64,000 nt of DNA from Octopus vulgaris (lineage: Eukaryota), in contig OX597823.1 in NCBI GenBank assembly GCA_951406725.2, positions 87,172,001 to 87,236,000 on the forward strand. The letters run 5' to 3'. Of this stretch, positions 57,250 through 64,000 are shown in pieces. The position numbers and the translations under genes were made by a program. The notes beneath the pieces were generated by a model that saw nothing but the letters and a program-made list of their open reading frames with translations, was not told the origin of the DNA and did no database searches. Numbering within the stretch: the first letter of the stretch is position 1; each line of letters begins with the position of its first letter.

Positions 57250-57250
<1 letters not shown>
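56924..57250 (+). mobile_element. Probable 3'UTR of a 5'-truncated L1/Tx1-type element inserted in (ATT)n
   Basis: Unique sequence with hairpin ggccttcctg-tat-caggaaggcc (57040-57062) and a T-rich stretch. It ends cccttgtggcaaataaaagaaa plus an (AAT)n tail opposite in sense to the host tract. Confidence 0.55.
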
Positions 57251-57341
<91 letters not shown>

Positions 57342-57342
57342 G

Positions 57343-57395
<53 letters not shown>

Positions 57396-57423
57396 GCTGT
57401 TGTCGTTGTCGTTGTCGTTGTTA

Positions 57424-57473
<50 letters not shown>

Positions 57474-58023
57474 GAATGAGAGAGCAGTGCATGCCATCAA
57501 GATGACACTGGGGTGAAATATACGAAGCCCAGTATACCCATCATGACTACCCACCTGATAAGAGTACACCAGGCACATGCATCACAGACATATGAGCGCG
57601 ATATGGTCATCTCATATCATGATAAACAGCGCATGACCATGCAGGTGGGGCCCAGTTAGAATTTTCTTATGGTCGAGTAACCCATCCCGCTCAAAAGGTC
57701 CCGGAATAAAGATTGTTTAAGGATGTTGAGCGAACGACCATGTTTCCCAAGGTGAATTATCCAAACCTCTAAGAATTCCTTTCAACACACGGCTCCCCCA
57801 CTACTTCTGCTTGCGATCAGAGATGCACATATCGTCAGCCACTAAAGGACATGCTCAACTGGTTATGGTCAAACAACTGACAAGCAAATCTGTGGTATTG
57901 AGCAGAATATTTGCTGTAGCCCATATTTTATACCAAAGGTGAATTATCCAAACCTCTAAGAATTTTTTCAACACAGGGCTATGATGCTCCCCAACTACTT
58001 CTGCTCATGATCAGAGATGCACA
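57474..58023 (-). mobile_element. ~550-bp TAA-associated repeat, copy 7, with an internal ~85-bp re-duplication
   Basis: aaggtgaattatccaaacctctaagaatt...cagagatgcacat appears at ~57749 and ~57936. Confidence 0.85.
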
Positions 58024-58050
58024 TCATCATCATCATTGTCATTATCATCA

Positions 58051-58133
<83 letters not shown>

Positions 58134-58134
58134 T

Positions 58135-58407
58135 TATGTTTGACTTTTGCTTTATATTTGTACAAGTTGGCTCCAAGTCTCACCCAGAGACCTCAAGAGA
58201 CAACAGGTTGGAAGTTCATGTTGTTGTTATGCCTAGTGTGCCATATATTTGGGGTTCTTTTTGGTGTTGTACTAGTAAATGTCTTTAAAAAATTTTTTAA
58301 ATAAATAAATAAAAAAAGAAAATTATGTTTGTTTTAAACTTGAGATTACATAGAAAGTATTTTGTGTAGGATATGAGCAGTTCCCATGAGCACTATCTTT
58401 TGAATTT
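58135..58407 (-). mobile_element. R4/Dong family A, short 3'-end copy
   Basis: Near-identical to 58512-58785, with ATT tracts on both sides. Confidence 0.9.
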
Positions 58408-58423
58408 ATAATAATTTATAATA

Positions 58424-58511
<88 letters not shown>

Positions 58512-58512
<1 letters not shown>

Positions 58513-61078
58513 TATGTTTGACTTTTGCTTTATATTTGTACAAGTTGGCTCCAAGTCTCACCTAGAGACCTCAAGAGACAACAGGGTTGGAAGTTCATGT
58601 TGTTGTTATGCCTAGTGTGCCATATATTTGGGGGGTGGTGGTGTTGTACCAATGAATGTCTAAAAAAAAATTTTTTTTTTTTTTTTTTTAAAACGAAAAT
58701 TATTTTTGTTTTAAACATTGAAATTACATACAAAGTATTTTGCGTAGGATATGAGCAGTTCCCATGAGCACTATCTTTTGAATTTCTGCCATTTTGGGGT
58801 TTCCTGGTATCTGAGTTAGGTAGATATATGCCCCTTTTGCTATCATTCCCAGGGCACCTATGACAACAGGTATTGTTTTAGTCTTCAGCTTCCACATTTT
58901 GCTGATTTCTATTTCAAGATCTTTATATTTGCTCAGTTTTTGGTAGGTCTTGACAGATACGTTTATATCGATTGGGACAGTCATATCAATGAGGAGGCAT
59001 GTTCTTTGTTTGAAGTGTTTCAATATGATGTCTGGCCTATTTGCATCTATCTTTCTGTCAGTTTGAATGGCGAAGTTCCAGAGGAGTGAGATGTGGTCAT
59101 TTTCAAGCACTGGGGGTGGTTTGTGTTCCCACCAGTTTTTTTCGTGGGGCAAATCCAGGTTTTTACAGATTCTCCAGTGAATATATCGTGCCTGTTGAGA
59201 TACTCTGTAGGCACTAGAAGACTGCACTTGGAGACCACATGGTCAATGGTTTCATTTTGTTGCTTGCATACACGACACGTTGGACTGCTTCTGATCTTTA
59301 TATGTTGGCCTGGTAGTTTCTTGTTGGTAGGCATTGATCTTGAGCTGCTATGATAAACCCCTCTGTTTCAGATTTTAAGCCAGAGGCCATTAGCCATTGT
59401 TGGGTCAGGGCTTTGTCAACATCTGCATTATTTGCTCTCTTTGGGTATTTGCCATAGAGAGGTTTTTCTTTCCATTTATCATTCAGAATATCTAAGACCG
59501 CAGATTTAGCACGGGTTTTCATGCGCTTAGCTTTTTCTGTGCCTGTTTCTTGTATGTCTATCTCTAATTCCGAAATTTGTTGTATTCGGAATTCACTTAG
59601 ATATTCCTTTGCCTGTTTTGTTACTGAGTATGATGCTTTCTTGTTTTCATGTTTTGAGACAAGTTTTAACATCCAGTCCTCAGAGTTTTTCAGGTAGGTG
59701 TCTAGGCCAATTGTAGCAATCTTCATTGTTATTGCCAGTTGTAAAAGTCCACGGCCTCCTCTTTTCTTGGCAGATAAAGTCGTTCTGTATCTGCCTTAGG
59801 GTGGTGCATTCTATGCATTGTCAACAGTTTTCGTATTTTTCTGTCAAGATTACATATTTCAGTAATTGACCAGTTAACGATACTGAAACTGTAAGTCACG
59901 ACTGGTATGGCTAATGCATTGATCGCTTCGATCCTGTTTCTCGCATTCAGCTCTGTCTTGAGTATTGCTCTTACTCTGCGATAACATTCTCTCCTGATCC
60001 TTTCCTTCATCTCTGAATGCCTTATTCCTTCTCCTTCAATTACCCCTAGATACTTGTAGTTCTCTGCTGGGTCTAATTCTTTTATGACATTCTGCTGGTC
60101 AAGGTTAACGTTAGATGTTTCTGTCATTTTTCCTTTGATAAAGGTAGCTTTTGCGCATTTATCGAGGCCAAATTGCATTCTGATGTCATCACTGAATTGT
60201 TTGACAATCGCTAGTAAGCCCTTGAGTTGTTGGTCATTTTTTTGCAAAGAGCTTTAAATCATCCATGTAAATGAAATGATTTATATTTTTATCAAACATT
60301 TTATATCCGTACTGCGCATCATTGAGCAGTTTTGAGAGAGGTATTAAGGCTAAACAGAAGAGGAGCGGTGATAGTGAGTCACCCTGGAAAATGCCACATG
60401 AAATTTTTACATCACCAGCATTTAGAGATTTATTGTCACTGTTCAAAGTTAGTGTGGTTCTCCATGATCTCATACTTACAGACAAAAAGTTTCGCAGAGC
60501 AGGTGCTATCTTATACATTTCTAGGCATTTATTAATCCAGCTATGTGGTAGGCTATCAAAAGCCTTTTTATAGTCTATCCAAGCTATTGATAAGTTTTTG
60601 TGTCGTTTGTGACAATCTTCTAAGATCATCTTATTGACGAGTAGTTGATCTTTACAACCGTAGGATCCACGTTTACATCCTTTCTGTTCATTAGGGAATA
60701 TGCTGCTGTCTGTCAAAAAACTATAGGTATATTCCGTCAGGACAGATGTTAGTGTTTTATACATAGTTGTTAAGCAGGTTATGGGTCTATAGTTTTTGGG
60801 TTCATTTGTTTCTTCACTTTTTGGAAGCAGGAATGTTAACCCATTAACTAGCCAAGGAGGCATCCTACTAGGGTTTTGCAAAACATCATTGTAAAGTTCT
60901 GCTAGCAGTTCATGGCTCTCTGGGAAGGCATTCAACCAAAAGTTAGGGATTTTATCCTTTCCTGGAGACTTCCATTTGCTTGACCTCCTGAGAGCAGATC
61001 TTATATCTTCTACCTTGACACCCTCCCACTTTTGCTCTTCTAAGGAGTCCAGTTCTTTAGATATTCTATCAATCCATC
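58512..61078 (-). mobile_element. R4/Dong-clade LINE family A, 5'-truncated 2.57-kb copy, few frameshifts
   Basis: WKSPGKD, NYRPITCL, QKGC, DYKKAFDS, QGDSLSP, YMDD, CCHC and RPDIILK..LIDMTVP..KLSKY, with (TAA)n at both ends. Confidence 0.93.
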
Positions 61079-61079
61079 A

Positions 61080-61123
<44 letters not shown>

Positions 61124-61769
61124 TATTATTATTATCATCATCATCATTATTATTATTATCATCATCATCATTATTATTATTATTATCATAATTATTACTA
61201 TTATTATTATTATTGTTATTATTATTACTATTATTATTATTATCAGCATATACACACTATTACATGGTATTTGTGTGTGTATGTATGTGTGCTTAAAGAA
61301 CTATATTTCAAATCGTATATGGAATTGTGTAAAGATGTATAGGTAGTTAAATGGGTATACATATGTTTACCTGTTCAAATGTATAAATATTTCTATGTGT
61401 GCGCATGTGTAGTGTTCGTTGAGGTATTTTATATATACGTGTTTATGCCTCTTCTTCACTAACTGTTTGTATTTGTGCTCATACAACTGTGAATGTGTGA
61501 ATAGATTTGTACACATAAAAGGCATATATGCATATATATATGTATGTGTGTGTGCTTTTTCTGTATGTTCGTATGTATGCGAGAGAAAGTGAGAGAGGTA
61601 GATAGAGAGAAAGAGAGAGAGGGGGATATTTTCAGACATTTTTTTGTGCATATGTTACAGAGTGCACGTGTGTATATGAGTAATTTTTTATAATTACATA
61701 CGCGTGTGAGTGTGTGTGCGTGTCTTTGTGTATGTGTGTGTAATCATGCACATAGATTCTGACACATGA

Positions 61770-61834
<65 letters not shown>

Positions 61835-61876
61835 GAGACAGACGGAGAGATACAAACATACATACATACATAAAAT

Positions 61877-61908
<32 letters not shown>

Positions 61909-62075
61909 TTTACGTATGTAGGTATATATACATGCACACATACAAATATAACCATCATATTTATTCATATATGCATATATCTATATGTATCTTTATAAGT
62001 ATATATATATATATATATATGTATATGTATATATATATATATGTATATATATGTATAAAGATATATATATGTATA

Positions 62076-62122
<47 letters not shown>

Positions 62123-62208
62123 GTATATAAATATATATATATGTATGTATATATATATATGTATATATATGCATATAAGATATATATATGTATATATATA
62201 TATGTATA

Positions 62209-62249
<41 letters not shown>

Positions 62250-62943
62250 CTATATATATATTTATACATATATATATATATGTATATATACATATATATA
62301 GATATATATATATATACATATGTATGTATTTATGCCTGTACGTATGTATGTGTGCATATATATGTCATATATATATATATGTGTGTGTATGTATGTATGT
62401 ATATATGTATGCGTACATGCGTGTAAGAGCATATATCATATTCATACATGCATACATACATACATACATACATACATACATACATACATACATACATACA
62501 CTCATACACACATACAAACACACATACATACATAACAGAGACCGACATCTTAGCACATAAACGACTTCAGATTGATTGACTTCTAGGTATTTCAGCATAT
62601 AAATATTTTTTTTTCTTTAAAGGGAAATTCTTTTGAAGAATCAGTCCATTGTACGAAATATTTCTTCCCTTAGTATTCAGTAAGCTATCATATCTTACAA
62701 ACCAGTATCTACTTCACAGCTGGTTTAATAGTGGAATATTCATAAACTATTTGTTAAGTTTTTGGAATTTTCTTTTTGTTATATTGTTGCACATATTTTT
62801 CAGCTGTGATATTGCGACCGTGATATGATAGGGCGCTGACTTTGTACTTATAGCCTTACTTACACGCATAGAGAGAGAGAGAAAGATAGAGAAAGAGGGA
62901 GAGAAAGAGAAAGAGAGAGAAAGAGAGAGAAAGAGAGAGAGAA

Positions 62944-62974
<31 letters not shown>

Positions 62975-62994
62975 TAAGTATACATGTATATAGA

Positions 62995-63303
<309 letters not shown>

Positions 63304-63539
63304 TTACATTCACTTTATATATCTATATTATTTGCTTCAAGAATATACGTATGTATGACATAAAGAGATATGCACAGGACTCTATGCTCCGTGTGCAGTT
63401 CTTTGACTGCAATCATGGTGATAGAATCAGAGTGCGCAGGAAAAGAATAAAGGCGTTAGGTGACACCATAAGTAAGGGCGTCAGGAGAACCTGACATCGA
63501 TACATTGGCTAACATTGAAACATAATATAGAGAATTAGT

Positions 63540-64000
63540 GATAAACATATAGTATAAACACGTGGTTCAACACAGGGATATTTCAAGAGGTAATATTTGC
63601 AGAACGTACGTCATATGGGGAGTTCTCTCACAGGCTTAAGAAAGCTATAAAGGAAGCTAAACTCAGCATTAAAGTTGTAGAAAAATCAGGGACATTTCAC
63701 AAGACCATGTGTACTGATAGTAACTACACTGTATGTACCTTTAACCCTAGTATTAACTCGAAGACCGTGAATGTAGCCTACCGTGTAAAATACATAAAAG
63801 GTGATTGTAGGATCCACAATACGGCATATATAGGGGAGACTTCTAGGAGTTTAACGGAGTGGCTAAATGGACACAGGCGGGAGTATAACGAGAGGAAACA
63901 GTCGTCGATAACCTACGAACATTGTGGTATGCTGAGTCAAAATAGTATCGAAATTTTGTCTGAACACCCGAGAGAATTGTTGTGAGGGCTGATACGTGAA
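63540..64000 (+). mobile_element. Penelope-like element, GIY-YIG endonuclease region, degenerate, runs off the window
   Basis: WFNTG..EVIFAERT..IKVVEKSG followed by NVAYRV..C....AYIGETSRSLTEWLNGH. Confidence 0.8.

Overview
This is an AT-rich animal genomic window saturated with microsatellites ((TA)n, (TAA)n, (TAGA)n, (CA)n) and interspersed repeats. The SINE families look like those of a coleoid cephalopod, most likely Octopus (inference from recalled repeat sequences). I can support no host gene, rRNA, true tRNA or CRISPR, and nearly all listed ORFs are translated microsatellites. Main content: (1) an apparently young 2.24-kb ORF1-only (HAL1-like) L1/Tx1-type retroelement at 8976-11214, with an intact 414-aa RRM/CCHC-knuckle ORF and no RT, inserted with a perfect 17-bp TSD into the tRNA-derived head of a SINE; (2) several R4/Dong-type RT-REL LINE families chained through (TAA)n tracts, plus seven copies of a ~550-bp non-coding element found only at TAA-type tracts; (3) Penelope-like remnants, including two GIY-YIG fragments and several small terminal-repeat fragments with hammerhead-ribozyme-like motifs or fold-back ends; (4) three tRNA-derived SINE families, including a tetramer bounded by one TSD; (5) CR1-like, RTE, mariner and Helitron-like fragments. 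All motifs were read by eye, and no searches or folding programs were run.
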